DNA of 60,305 bases, the filler included, from Candidatus Zapsychrus exili (GTDB lineage Bacteria; Omnitrophota; Gorgyraeia; Zapsychrales; Zapsychraceae): the NCBI GenBank assembly GCA_030765585.1. It is 4 parts of 4 records of this genome, joined end to end, with 100 filler letters (N's around TTAATTAATTAA, not from the genome) between each part and the next. Parts side by side here need not be neighbours in the genome. Positions count along the whole stretch, not along the records: positions 27,435 to 48,117 come from JAVCCJ010000042.1; 3 more parts are not named here. One strand, written 5' to 3'. The notes beneath the pieces were generated by a model, which was not told where the DNA came from, searched no databases, and worked only from the letters and a program-made list of their open reading frames with translations. Shown here piece by piece: positions 31,400 through 41,455 of the stretch. Position 1 is the stretch's first letter, and each line of letters begins with the position of its first letter. The position numbers and the translations under genes were made by a program.

Positions 31400-31990
31400 T
31401 TGAAGCGATAACGCTTCATCTTGTTCCTGTGTGGCAGGAACATACCACCCACTTTTTTTAAAAAAAGTAGGCAAAAAACTTTGCCTATTCAGGTTTTAAA
31501 GAATTATTTAATATTTTAGCTTAACGCCGCACTGAACTCGTCTCGCATTAAAGCGAGACTTTAAACAACAGTGCGTATGGAATATCTAACTTGCTTGCCA
31601 AACTATTAAATAATACAAAAACCTTACAACGGCGTTTAACATCCAAAACAAAAGCTTTTATGTTGTTGCTGTTATGCTGTTTAGTAGCTATTGGAATTTT
31701 TTCCTTACAATTTATTTATCAATGAGTACAAGTACCACACTTGTCCACTGTTTAAAACCCAGTTTAAACCCCGTAACTTTATATCTAAGTTGTGGGGTTT
31801 AAACGGGGTGAGTTTGGCAAGGTACCATTGATTAATAAATTTAAGTGTTTAAAATTCCAGGCGTAAACTCTTTGGATACTTTCTCTAGAGAAAGTATCAA
31901 GAAATATGAAGCGTTACCGCTTCAAAGCACACTGTAGGTGGTGCGTCCCTGCCACACAGGGACAATATGAAACGCTTGGCGTTTCTAAAT
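31400..31990. repeat. Second cluster of structured repeats (inverted copy of the 28633-28857 unit, a divergent unit and short hairpins)
   Basis: 31628-31655 and 31535-31559 are exact reverse complements of 28649-28676 and 28740-28764. Confidence 0.9.
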
Positions 31991-31997
31991 GAAGCAC

Positions 31998-32198
31998 TTA
32001 TCCAACTCTTAACAAATAAATATACCAAATAAGAACAAATAAAAACACAAGGATGACAAACGCAATATATTTTATTATTTGAAGCCTTATTTCATTATCT
32101 ATAGTCATCCTAAGCGAATACACTAGCATATTTGCAATAACATAAGCTAGTCCTATTATAATTAGAATAATAAAAGTTACTAGTATTGTACCGTACAT
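31998..32198 (-). CDS. Small two-TM membrane protein
   Basis: Two hydrophobic segments; abuts the upstream ORF. Confidence 0.45.
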   Translation of the reverse strand: MYGTILVTFIILIIIGLAYVIANMLVYSLRMTIDNEIRLQIIKYIAFVILVFLFVLIWYIYLLRVG

Positions 32199-32426
32199 TT
32201 ATGTTCCCTGCTCTTCTTGTTTTTTATCGTTACCACAGCAACATTTGCCTAACTTACAAGCTCTAAGACCACATATAATAAAAATAATCCCAACAACAAT
32301 TACTGCTAGCTGTTTAGAGCCTATGTCTAAACTTGCGCCAATGCCGATATGATCTGCCAAAACACCAATAGACACCAAAATAATACCTGCTACAAAACAA
32401 CATACACATTTATTTGTTTTAAACAT
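32199..32426 (-). CDS. Small Cys-rich two-TM membrane protein
   Basis: GGAGG RBS before ATG at 32426; two TM helices, CVCC and CCC motifs. Confidence 0.6.
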   Translation of the reverse strand: MFKTNKCVCCFVAGIILVSIGVLADHIGIGASLDIGSKQLAVIVVGIIFIICGLRACKLGKCCCGNDKKQEEQGT

Positions 32427-32823
32427 CTTACGCCTCCCTTTATTGTTAGAGATAGACATTCATTTCAATCATTCTATTGCTAGGATAAGTTTTGGTCAAG
32501 TTTTTAGTTTTAGGGCATCCAGGCAAAAAAGGAACAGTACGCTTTAGGGACAGTCCCCATTATTGAAGTTTCCGCCTCGAGGCATATTTTACTTAACTTT
32601 TTTATATGTCTCTATTGAGAACGTTGACTATTTGGGGAGCCGCATTGAAACTGCCACCTTTCAGTAACATTTTTCTAAAAAATAGCGGAAATGATACTGG
32701 ATTCAATTTTTCCCTTTAAAAACTAAAGTAAAATTGAATACGACATACTTTTTACAAAAAAACAAATGCCGTATTGGTTTCTTCAATTATTTTCATATAA
32801 GAAACCAATCTCGGCATATTCAT

Positions 32824-32859
32824 AAAAAAGGACACCCTTTTACAAGGATGTCCTTTTTT
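32824..32859 (-). terminator. Intrinsic terminator after tRNA-Phe
   Basis: AAAAAAGGACA...TGTCCTTTTTT hairpin with poly-T on both strands. Confidence 0.8.
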
Positions 32860-32868
32860 GCATGAATA

Positions 32869-32941
32869 TGCCGAGAGACAGAATCGAACTGTCGACACAA
32901 GGCTTTTCAGGCCTCTGCTCTACCAACTGAGCTATCTCGGC
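32869..32941 (-). tRNA. tRNA-Phe(GAA), CCA not encoded
   Basis: GCCGAGATAGCTCAGTTGGTAGAGCAGAGGCCTGAAAAGCCTTGTGTCGACAGTTCGATTCTGTCTCTCGGCA cloverleaf. Confidence 0.97.
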
Positions 32942-33061
32942 GAGATTACTACTTAAATCTTGGATAAATCTGATCCGAATGCTGCGTAGCCAAACGTGAA
33001 AACATTTTGGTGAAGCATGTATCGGCGAACAAATCTTATAATCTCAAAAAAATGAATCTAA

Positions 33062-33090
33062 ATTCTACATAACACACGCGTACTTGTCAA
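33062..33090 (-). promoter_or_regulatory. Sigma70 promoter for tRNA-Phe
   Basis: TTGACA-17 bp-TAGAAT on the minus strand. Confidence 0.7.
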
Positions 33091-33106
33091 CAGTCAATTC
33101 TATTAC

Positions 33107-33507
33107 CTATTGTCCCAAATAATTATTTATCTTAACAAAAACATCTTGAGCCAAAGATACCTTTGGCATAATGCTTTTCTAGCGCGAACAGTCAATCTTA
33201 CCGCGGCTTTTTCAAGAGGTGTAATTGTTGCTGTTATCCTTGAGCCACCTACATTTGCAACAATAGTGCCGTCCTCTTCGTTTTCTTCAACAACCAAACC
33301 CATTATAGAAAGTATCTCGATTGAGGCATCCCAAACAACGACTTCTTCGTATTCTATTATGCCCTCAAACGTATCAGGGCTAACAACATAGCCGCCGACA
33401 GCGCCAAGTCCTCCAACAACTAAATAAATACATCCCGAGGTTGAAAGAATTGCGACTAAGATAAGAACTGCTAATAAAGAATTGATTTTAAAGTTTAGAG
33501 GTTTCAA
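33107..33507 (-). CDS. Lipoprotein (DUF3568-like) with an apparent 1-nt frameshift near 33170
   Basis: Lipobox TSGC followed by a Gly-rich segment; alternate frame gives MPKVSLAQDVFVKINNYLGQ*. Confidence 0.6.
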
Positions 33508-33549
33508 AGCACTCCTCCTTTTTATAAAAGGTTGATTAATATTATTTAT

Positions 33550-35061
33550 TTACTCTGTTATTTCTTTGCGCCAACGACGCATTGAAATAATGAGCGCAAC
33601 AACAAACGCTATTACAAGCCAATCGCGACCTATCAGAACAATTGAAAGCCACGAGTAATCTCCGTATGGAGATGTGACTTCTGTTTTTAAATCATTTATC
33701 AAAAGCAAAAACAATACTGCTGGTGTTACAAATTTAACGCAAGTGTCCCACAACTTAGGCAACATCCATTCGGCAGTGCGATTAATGTGTGTGCGCAACT
33801 TGCTTGCTTTAAATATCCAGCCTATTAAAATACATTCTAAAATTCCGACGATAACAAGTCCGTAATGCGTTATAAAATGATCTACTATATCAACCCAAAA
33901 AAGTCCGCTCTTAGCTGTAAACATAATGCTTAGCATAAATCCTGAAATACACACAACTGATACAACAGATTTTCTTGAGTAATTAAATTTGTCAATTACC
34001 GCCGCTGAAAAAGCCTCTACCAATGATATTGCGCTCGACAATCCTGCTATTACTAGAGAGGTGGAAAACAATACGCCGAATACTTTTGAGAACGCTGGCA
34101 TCAAACTTATTGCCTTTGGATATGCGACAAAAGCAAGTCCAATGGACTCGCTGACCACTTCGGAGACTTCAACACCTGTTGTCGTTGCCATGTATCCTAG
34201 CGTGCCGAATACTGCAAATCCGGCGAGCAAAGAAAATCCAGCGTTACCGAAACTTATTATAAATGCGTCCTTAACTAATGATACCTTGCGCGGTAAGTAC
34301 GATGCGTATGTTATCATTATGCCAAAAGCTAGTGACAATGTGAAAAATATCTGAGAAAAAGCATCTATCCAAATTTGTGGACTTTTTAAGAGCGAGAAAT
34401 CTGGCTTTAAATAAACTTCTAATCCTTTTGCCGCACCCTTTAAATTTACACTCCAAATAACCAGAATAACTATCAGAAAAAATAAAAGCGGCATAAAAAC
34501 TTTGTTTGCGCGCTCAACACCTTTTTGTACGCCAAAGAAAACTATGAGCCATGTCAATGCCCAAACAGCGACTAGAGATAAAAGTATTGGCGTGCGTATG
34601 TCTCCTAGCTGAAACGGGCCTTCGCTTATCTGTAAAAATTTATCAAAGAAAAATGCGTTTGCATCAGCGCCCCAAGATAAATCGAATGAAAAAAATACAT
34701 AATTTACGCACCAGGCTATAACAACAGAATAGTAAACCATGATGCCGTACATCGCTGTTGTTGATGCCCACCAGCCAGCCCATTCCCATCTTCTATCAAC
34801 CTTGGCAAATGATAAAGGTGCGCTACCACGCATCTTGTGACCAATTCCGAGCTCCAATATCATAAGAGGTATGCCAACTAAAAAGAGCGCGATGAAATAA
34901 GGAATTAAAAACGCCCCGCCTCCGTTTTTGTAACACAAATACGAGAAACGCCAAATGTTTCCTAAACCCACAGCAGAACCCAAAGCCGCTAGGATAAATC
35001 CCATTCTGCTTTTCCACTGCGGACGAGGATGATGACTTTCACTTAAGCTGGATTTCGTCAT
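33550..35061 (-). CDS. Sodium-dependent transporter, NSS/SNF family
   Basis: GSAVGLGNIWRFSY..GGGAFLIPY, QIFFTLS. Confidence 0.95.
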   Translation of the reverse strand: MTKSSLSESHHPRPQWKSRMGFILAALGSAVGLGNIWRFSYLCYKNGGGAFLIPYFIALFLVGIPLMILELGIGHKMRGSAPLSFAKVDRRWEWAGWWASTTAMYGIMVYYSVVIAWCVNYVFFSFDLSWGADANAFFFDKFLQISEGPFQLGDIRTPILLSLVAVWALTWLIVFFGVQKGVERANKVFMPLLFFLIVILVIWSVNLKGAAKGLEVYLKPDFSLLKSPQIWIDAFSQIFFTLSLAFGIMITYASYLPRKVSLVKDAFIISFGNAGFSLLAGFAVFGTLGYMATTTGVEVSEVVSESIGLAFVAYPKAISLMPAFSKVFGVLFSTSLVIAGLSSAISLVEAFSAAVIDKFNYSRKSVVSVVCISGFMLSIMFTAKSGLFWVDIVDHFITHYGLVIVGILECILIGWIFKASKLRTHINRTAEWMLPKLWDTCVKFVTPAVLFLLLINDLKTEVTSPYGDYSWLSIVLIGRDWLVIAFVVALIISMRRWRKEITE

Positions 35062-35075
35062 ATTAAATATGTGCT

Positions 35076-35237
35076 GTCATTCCTGCGAAGGCACGTAAAG
35101 TCCCGTTGAGACTACGTTCCTTTACGGGCAGGAATCTCACTTTTATTATTTTGAGATCCCTCGCTTTAAAGCTCGGGATAAATTCGGACTTATAACTTAC
35201 GTTTACTCACTTAAGTTCGCTCCGTAAGTTATGTCCT
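35076..35237. repeat. Nested palindromic repeats
   Basis: TGTCATTCCTGCGAAGGC...GCAGGAATCTC split by a CGTAAAG..CTTTACG hairpin; GGACTTATAACTTACG..CGTAAGTTATGTCC hairpin. Confidence 0.75.
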
Positions 35238-35240
35238 CAT

Positions 35241-37574
35241 TTATTGTAAAACTATTCCCAACCACGATTGAATCGCAGGTGAGAACTTAACAATTACTGG
35301 AGCAAAAACAATTGATACCATGCTCATTAATTTTATCAAAATGTTCAATGATGGTCCGCTTGTATCTTTACATGGATCACCAACAGTGTCCCCTATAACA
35401 GCCGCTGCGTGAACAGGGTTCTGTGATCCGTCCTCTAGCTTTTTGCCTCCTAGATGTCCGGACTCAATATATTTCTTTGCATTATCCCATGCGCCACCTG
35501 CATTATTAAGCATGGTCGCCAAAACAAATCCTGTTGTTAAACCACCTGCAAGAAGTCCGACAACACCAGCAACACCTAAAATTAAACCTGTAACAACAGG
35601 AATAGATATTGCAAGTAGACTTGGGACTATCATTGCTCTTTGTGCGCCTGTGGTTGATATCTCAACACATTTTGCATAATCAGCTTTTTGAGTTCCGTCC
35701 ATAATTCCAGGATATTCCCTAAATTGACGACGAACTTCATTAACCATATCACCTGCGGCACGTCCAACTGCCTTCATTGTCATAGCGCAAAATACAAATG
35801 CTGCCATAGCTCCAATAAAAAGCCCACATAAAAGTAGCGGATTCATTATATGAGCTTGATAATAATTTATAAAGTCTAGTATGCCTAGACGTGCTATTGC
35901 ATCAGCAGAAAGCTCTTGAGCGCCGATCATAAATGTACCGGTCTCACTTGCTAGGTTTCCTGCCCACATCTTAACTTCCTCAATATATGCAGCGATAAGT
36001 GCCATCGCGGTCAAAGCTGCAGAACCAATAGCAAAACCTTTTCCTGTTGCAGCTGTTGTATTTCCTAATGAATCAAGCGCATCTGTTCTTTCTCTTACCT
36101 CAGGCTCAAGGCCTGCCATCTCAGCGTTTCCACCTGCATTATCTGCGATAGGTCCGTAAGCATCAGTTGCAAGTGTAATACCTAAAGTTGAAAGCATTCC
36201 AACTGCAGCAAAACCGATTCCGTAAAGACCTTCTGAGAAATGTTGAAAACCACCTGAAAAACCAAAAGCACAAAGAATACCAACTACGATAATTATAACT
36301 GGAAGTCCTGCTGAATACATGCCTGTTGCAAGTCCGTCAATAATAACTGTGGCCGCTCCCATTTTTGCCTCGCCTGCAAGCTCTCTTGTAGGCTTATAAT
36401 GACTTGAGGTAAACAGCTCAGTCGATTGTCCGATTAAGACTCCTGCAACAAGTCCGCTTGTAACAGCGCCAAAAATTCCCCAGGAAACTATTCCTATTTT
36501 TGCCATTACAGCAATCGCAGCTAATACAAAAACTGAGCTACCTAAAGTTCCAAATAAAAGTGCGTTAAGTAAATTTTTAGCACTTGCATCTTCCTTACAT
36601 TTAACTAAAAACATACCTACAATTGACATTAAAATTCCAATACCAGCGACGATCATTGGAGCAATTACATACATTATTCCTTTTGAAATATCATAATTTG
36701 GGTCAGCGTAAGCGTTGTGTGAGGCAATTGAAGCACCAATTGCAGCGGTTGCTAAAATCGAACCACAGTAACTTTCGTAAAGGTCAGCTCCCATTCCAGC
36801 GACGTCTCCAACGTTGTCTCCGACGTTGTCAGCAATTGTAGCTGGATTTCTTGGGTCGTCTTCAGGAATTCCTGCTTCAACTTTTCCAACCAAGTCAGCT
36901 CCAACGTCAGCAGCCTTTGTAAAAATACCTCCACCAACACGAGCAAAAAGCGCTTGAGTTGACGCTCCCATTCCAAAGGTTAACATTGTAATTGTAATGT
37001 CTACTAGCTTCTTGGCGTGAGTTGTTCCTGCGTGAACTAAATCCATTCCTAAGAACTGAAGTCCGTTTAACATATTTACGTCTGTGTAAACAAGCTTGTC
37101 TAAAATTAAATACCAAATACAAATATCAAGTAAACCAAACCCAACAACAATCAAACCCATTACAGCGCCTGAACGAAAAGCAACTTGAAGTCCACTATTT
37201 AAACTTTTTCTTGCTGCGTTTGCAGTTCTTGCTGAGGCGTTAGTAGCTGTCTTCATTCCTAAGAAACCACAAAGACCTGAGAAGAAACCGCCTGTTAGAA
37301 AAGCAACCGGTACGAAAGGATTTTGAATTCCGTTAAGCGCAAGAATTGAAAGAATTATAAAAAGTCCAGCAAAGACAATTGAAACCGATTTGTACTGTCT
37401 AAAAAGGTAAGCCATTGCGCCTTCTTTGACGTAACCTGCGATCTCTTTCATTTTGTCAGTACCTTCGTCAGCCTTCATTAATTTTAAATAATAACCAACT
37501 GCAAAAATTAAAGCTAAGATGCTTCCGATTGGCGCTACCCACCAAATGGTTGGGGTAAGTGTTACGTTTGACAT
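35241..37574 (-). CDS. hppA: Membrane-bound pyrophosphatase (K+-dependent type, probably Na+-translocating)
   Basis: [26 protein letters not shown] (Ala at the K+-dependence site), [10 protein letters not shown]. Confidence 0.95.
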   Translation of the reverse strand: MSNVTLTPTIWWVAPIGSILALIFAVGYYLKLMKADEGTDKMKEIAGYVKEGAMAYLFRQYKSVSIVFAGLFIILSILALNGIQNPFVPVAFLTGGFFSGLCGFLGMKTATNASARTANAARKSLNSGLQVAFRSGAVMGLIVVGFGLLDICIWYLILDKLVYTDVNMLNGLQFLGMDLVHAGTTHAKKLVDITITMLTFGMGASTQALFARVGGGIFTKAADVGADLVGKVEAGIPEDDPRNPATIADNVGDNVGDVAGMGADLYESYCGSILATAAIGASIASHNAYADPNYDISKGIMYVIAPMIVAGIGILMSIVGMFLVKCKEDASAKNLLNALLFGTLGSSVFVLAAIAVMAKIGIVSWGIFGAVTSGLVAGVLIGQSTELFTSSHYKPTRELAGEAKMGAATVIIDGLATGMYSAGLPVIIIVVGILCAFGFSGGFQHFSEGLYGIGFAAVGMLSTLGITLATDAYGPIADNAGGNAEMAGLEPEVRERTDALDSLGNTTAATGKGFAIGSAALTAMALIAAYIEEVKMWAGNLASETGTFMIGAQELSADAIARLGILDFINYYQAHIMNPLLLCGLFIGAMAAFVFCAMTMKAVGRAAGDMVNEVRRQFREYPGIMDGTQKADYAKCVEISTTGAQRAMIVPSLLAISIPVVTGLILGVAGVVGLLAGGLTTGFVLATMLNNAGGAWDNAKKYIESGHLGGKKLEDGSQNPVHAAAVIGDTVGDPCKDTSGPSLNILIKLMSMVSIVFAPVIVKFSPAIQSWLGIVLQ

Positions 37575-37657
37575 TTTTCTCCTTTTAAAGAATTAAAATT
37601 GTTACAAAATGAAAACCAAAACTTTATTTAAAGAAATCTAAAAAGCAGAACTACAAA

Positions 37658-37741
37658 CTAACCTTTTGTCGGTTTTTTGCCGTGGTTAGCCTTCTTAGAA
37701 CGCCAGTTTAGCTTTCCTCTTCTTTTTCTCTTTTTACTCAT
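37658..37741 (-). CDS. 27-aa basic protein, ribosomal protein bL37-like
   Basis: MSKKRKRRGKLNWRSKKANHGKKPTKG; AAGGA RBS; missed by the ORF track. Confidence 0.7.
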   Translation of the reverse strand: MSKKRKRRGKLNWRSKKANHGKKPTKG

Positions 37742-37785
37742 AATATCATCCTTAATTTTAAAGTTATACTAATAATTTGTCTTTT

Positions 37786-38451
37786 TTATATACTATTTAC
37801 TTGTACTTCATTTAAATCCTCTAAGATGCTAAAAACATCTAGCACATTATATATAATTTTATGTGGATTTAAAGCTTTAATTTCATCTTCCGTACTTGAG
37901 CCTGTTACAACTGAAATAGCTCGCATTTTAACAGCGTTCGCAGTTTCGACATCAATTGTCATATCTCCAACATAAATAGCTTCATCCGCGCTTAAATTAA
38001 ATTCCTCTAGCACTCTTTCTAATATCTCAGGTGCGGGCTTTAAATTCTTTACTTTTTCTCCGCTTAAAACATACTTAAAATACTTACTCATATTTAAATG
38101 CTTTAAAATAACCTCTGTTGACCAGGCAGGCCTGTTTGTTGCAATGGCCATTGTGTATCCTGCATTCTCAAGTTTCTTTAAAAGATCTTTTGCTCCAGGC
38201 ATAAATTTAGCGCCTGTTTTCAAAGAGCGCTTATGACTATGACGATAAATTCCTATTATCTTATCAATGTCTTCTTCTTTAACAAAACTGTTCATCAAGC
38301 TTCTTACGCCCCACCCAACGCTTCTTTTAATATCTGAACTAGTTGCAACAGGATATCCCAAAGAACTTAGAGAATAGTTTAAGCTTTCAAAAACAGCTTT
38401 ATAGGCATCAACGAGTGTGCCGTCTAAATCAAAAATTACTAGCTTTATCAT
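37786..38451 (-). CDS. HAD-family hydrolase (phosphoglycolate phosphatase-like)
   Basis: FDLDGTLVD, ATN, KPAP, YVGDMTID. Confidence 0.9.
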   Translation of the reverse strand: MIKLVIFDLDGTLVDAYKAVFESLNYSLSSLGYPVATSSDIKRSVGWGVRSLMNSFVKEEDIDKIIGIYRHSHKRSLKTGAKFMPGAKDLLKKLENAGYTMAIATNRPAWSTEVILKHLNMSKYFKYVLSGEKVKNLKPAPEILERVLEEFNLSADEAIYVGDMTIDVETANAVKMRAISVVTGSSTEDEIKALNPHKIIYNVLDVFSILEDLNEVQVNSI

Positions 38452-38609
38452 AATAAATGCAAGGATAAAAAGTGAAGGATAAAGGATAAAATTAAATGAA
38501 CTATCTAAAACAAAAAGCTATGATTTTGTATTAAAATCTTTGAATTTTACTTTTTATCTTTTATTTCTTTTTTTCTTAATCCTTTATCCTTAATCCTTAA
38601 TTCTTGTTT

Positions 38610-39209
38610 TTAAGATGGATTTACAACTCCACCTGAAACGATAAATTTAAATGCGTCTTCAATTTTAATATCAGTAAATATAATATCCTCTTTAGGAATC
38701 ATTACAGCAAATCCTGTTAGAGGTCCTGGCGCAGAAGGAATAAAAACATTGCAAAGCTCTTTACCTGTTTGCTCACGAGCTTCTTCTGCCGACTCATTTG
38801 TTAAAAATCCATAAGAATAAACATCTTGTTTTGGATACTGGACTATTACTACTTGTCTAAACGAACCCATTCTCTCTCTTGAAAAAAGAAACACAGCCAT
38901 CTCTTTTAAAGCAGGATAAATCTTTTTGACAAATGGAAGCTTAAGCAAAATACTTTCAAAGAATTTATGAAGCCTATTCCCTAAGAAATTTCTTACAAAA
39001 GATCCTAAGATAACAATAATAACAACGCCAACAAATATGCCTATTCCCCTAAAATAAAATCCAAATTGTTTGAAAAAATACGGCTCCAGATACTTTCCCA
39101 AAAGCCCGTCTGACAAATTTACAACAAGCGTAAATAAATAAATAGTAAGAGCAACCGGTAAGAAAGTAATCAAGCCAGATATAAAATATTTCTTTAATTT
39201 ACTTAACAT
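38610..39209 (-). CDS. DUF502 family membrane protein
   Basis: LPFVKKIY, VFIPSAPGPLTGF, KFIVSGG. Confidence 0.85.
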   Translation of the reverse strand: MLSKLKKYFISGLITFLPVALTIYLFTLVVNLSDGLLGKYLEPYFFKQFGFYFRGIGIFVGVVIIVILGSFVRNFLGNRLHKFFESILLKLPFVKKIYPALKEMAVFLFSRERMGSFRQVVIVQYPKQDVYSYGFLTNESAEEAREQTGKELCNVFIPSAPGPLTGFAVMIPKEDIIFTDIKIEDAFKFIVSGGVVNPS

Positions 39210-39284
39210 TTAAAACCTCCTGTTTTTTAATCTGGGGACAGCCCCCACATGGGGACAGCCCCCGTAAATTTCAATTTAACTTTA

Positions 39285-40310
39285 TTAAATTACAAATCTA
39301 TACAAAATTACATTTACCACAATAAACAAAACAATCATTAATATCGAATCTAAGCCTAATCTAAAATATGTTTTCTTGTTTCTTATTCTAAGCCCTATAA
39401 CAGCAACCACCGTTAAAGCTATTCCTAAAAAAGCCGTATACGCGTTTAGCTTTGATACTGATTGTAATATCGGGGCGGCACCCCTATAAAACAATCCACA
39501 AAGAAATACAGAGAACATATTTATCATATTGCTTCCAAAAATATTACCTAAGGCCAAATCAATTGATTTGATCCTTAAAGCTGAAAGCGTAACTGTCATC
39601 TCAGGTAATGAGGTTACAATCGCGACGAAAATACTACCTACAAAAGTTTGGCCCAAGCCAGTTACTTCAGATATTTTATCTGCTGATGATGCAAGCAACA
39701 CAGCCGCAATTATAACAATTGCCGCACATAAAATAATATTTATCCAAATCTTAAACAAAGAATCTTGATTCAATTGTACAGCCTTATCATCTTCTTCTTT
39801 AATAAGCTCTGATTCTTTGCGACCCAAAGAAGACAATATCTTGATACCCACAAAATAAATAACCGCGACTAAAATAAGCCCTAGACTTAAATTACCAAAT
39901 CTCAACGCAGAAAACATTCCTCCAAAAAATATATCAAGTGCAATTATTAAAGTAAGCACAATTGCAAACAAAGATGATGCATTATGCGACTTATTTGGCT
40001 TAACCAAGCTAGTAACTGATTTACCTACAAGTGCTAAATCCATCAAGACAATCAACATCAAATTAAAATTATTACTTCCAAGCAAGTTTCCTAAACCTAG
40101 ATCAACTGCATTAAGAGATACAACAGCTACGAGGCTTGTAACTCCTTCAGGAAAAGATGTCACCATACCAAGCAATATAATACCAATCCATACTTTTCCA
40201 ATAGAAAGTTTATCGCTTAGTTTATCAGCATAAACAGTAAGTCGCTTACCTGAAAGCACAATTAAAACAGCGCTTACTAAAAACTGTAACCATATACTAG
40301 AAAACTTCAT
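39285..40310 (-). CDS. Sodium:calcium antiporter (CaCA family)
   Basis: Duplicated TSFPE/TSLPE and GNLLGSN/GNIFGSN repeats. Confidence 0.9.
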   Translation of the reverse strand: MKFSSIWLQFLVSAVLIVLSGKRLTVYADKLSDKLSIGKVWIGIILLGMVTSFPEGVTSLVAVVSLNAVDLGLGNLLGSNNFNLMLIVLMDLALVGKSVTSLVKPNKSHNASSLFAIVLTLIIALDIFFGGMFSALRFGNLSLGLILVAVIYFVGIKILSSLGRKESELIKEEDDKAVQLNQDSLFKIWINIILCAAIVIIAAVLLASSADKISEVTGLGQTFVGSIFVAIVTSLPEMTVTLSALRIKSIDLALGNIFGSNMINMFSVFLCGLFYRGAAPILQSVSKLNAYTAFLGIALTVVAVIGLRIRNKKTYFRLGLDSILMIVLFIVVNVILYRFVI

Positions 40311-40492
40311 TTTTGTCCCATTATATAAAGCATTAGCAACCCGGCAAGCGCAAGAATCATTCCAATAGAACCCTTAAATAAAAGAATCACATCTTTCCAC
40401 CAAACTAAAACAAGGGTAATACCAAAAATAAGAATAAGATTACCAATAAGAAACATGAGGAATTTTTTATAACCATTTTTTTCTTGTGTCAT
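40307..40492 (-). CDS. Small membrane protein
   Basis: Two TM helices, GGAG RBS, 4-nt overlap with the antiporter gene. Confidence 0.7.
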   Translation of the reverse strand: MTQEKNGYKKFLMFLIGNLILIFGITLVLVWWKDVILLFKGSIGMILALAGLLMLYIMGQK

Positions 40493-40510
40493 ATTAAACG
40501 CTCTCCTAAA

Positions 40511-41449
40511 TTATGATGTAACAGCCAAAGTTTCTTCTTGCGGCCTTGTCTTCCACCTTCTATGCATCCATCCCCATTCGCAAGGATACTTTCTTATATA
40601 ATCTTCAATTATAGAAGTCAAATTTCCTATGTTAATAAGAATAGTTTCTTCTTCGTCTTTGCCTTCTACTAAATTATATGGTGGCTCTATTATTATTTTA
40701 TGTTTGGAATTGCTTTCTCTCTTGATAAACATAGGCAAAATTACCGAATCAGTACGCATTGCAAAAACAACAGGACCTGTCGCTGTTGCAGCTGTCTTTC
40801 CAAAAAAATCAACAAACACTCCTCCACCACTTCCAAAATTCTGATCTAAAGGAATAAAAATAACCTCATTTCTCCTTAAAGCTTTAATAGAATTCACAAC
40901 ACACTCTCTTCTTGGAAGCGAATAAACAGTTTTTAGACCCTTCTCTTCTCTTCTAATTTTCAGAAACTTATCAATCTTTTTATCTCTTGCTGGACGCATA
41001 ATAACATTCGTTGGATACCCTTCTCTCGCGCATTTAAGCATCATTAAAGGAAAATTACCAAAATGTGCAGTAACAGCAATAACGCCCTTGCCCTGCTTTA
41101 GAGCCTCATCTAAATGCTCTCTACCTTCAAAAGTGACGCCGGAAGCTATAATCTCAGGATTTGACATATAGCAAAGTATCTCTATCATGCCCATCCCAAC
41201 ATTATCAAAACACTTATCTATTATGCTCTTAATTTCCTCTGGACTTTTTTCTTTACCAAAAGCAACATCAATTGTTTCTTTTGCTATTTTCTTTTGCCTG
41301 AACGCAAAAAACAATCCTGTTTTTATAGAAGTCAGCGACAATACCCTTACTACTTTATATGGCAAGTACTTAAACAGCCACGCAAAAAACACAAGAAACC
41401 ATCGCGCCAATGCCCTCTGAGATATTCTTATAAAACTTTTTAGAGTCAT
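40511..41449 (-). CDS. Lipid A late acyltransferase (LpxL/HtrB family)
   Basis: TAHFGNF, DQN..GVFVDFFG, WGWMHRRWK. Confidence 0.88.
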   Translation of the reverse strand: MTLKSFIRISQRALARWFLVFFAWLFKYLPYKVVRVLSLTSIKTGLFFAFRQKKIAKETIDVAFGKEKSPEEIKSIIDKCFDNVGMGMIEILCYMSNPEIIASGVTFEGREHLDEALKQGKGVIAVTAHFGNFPLMMLKCAREGYPTNVIMRPARDKKIDKFLKIRREEKGLKTVYSLPRRECVVNSIKALRRNEVIFIPLDQNFGSGGGVFVDFFGKTAATATGPVVFAMRTDSVILPMFIKRESNSKHKIIIEPPYNLVEGKDEEETILINIGNLTSIIEDYIRKYPCEWGWMHRRWKTRPQEETLAVTS

Positions 41450-41455
41450 AAATTA

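Noticed and set aside
32942..33045. tRNA-Phe leader closed by GAGATTA...TAATCTC as a possible ncRNA
   Set aside because: Only a short closing stem and no recognisable family motif
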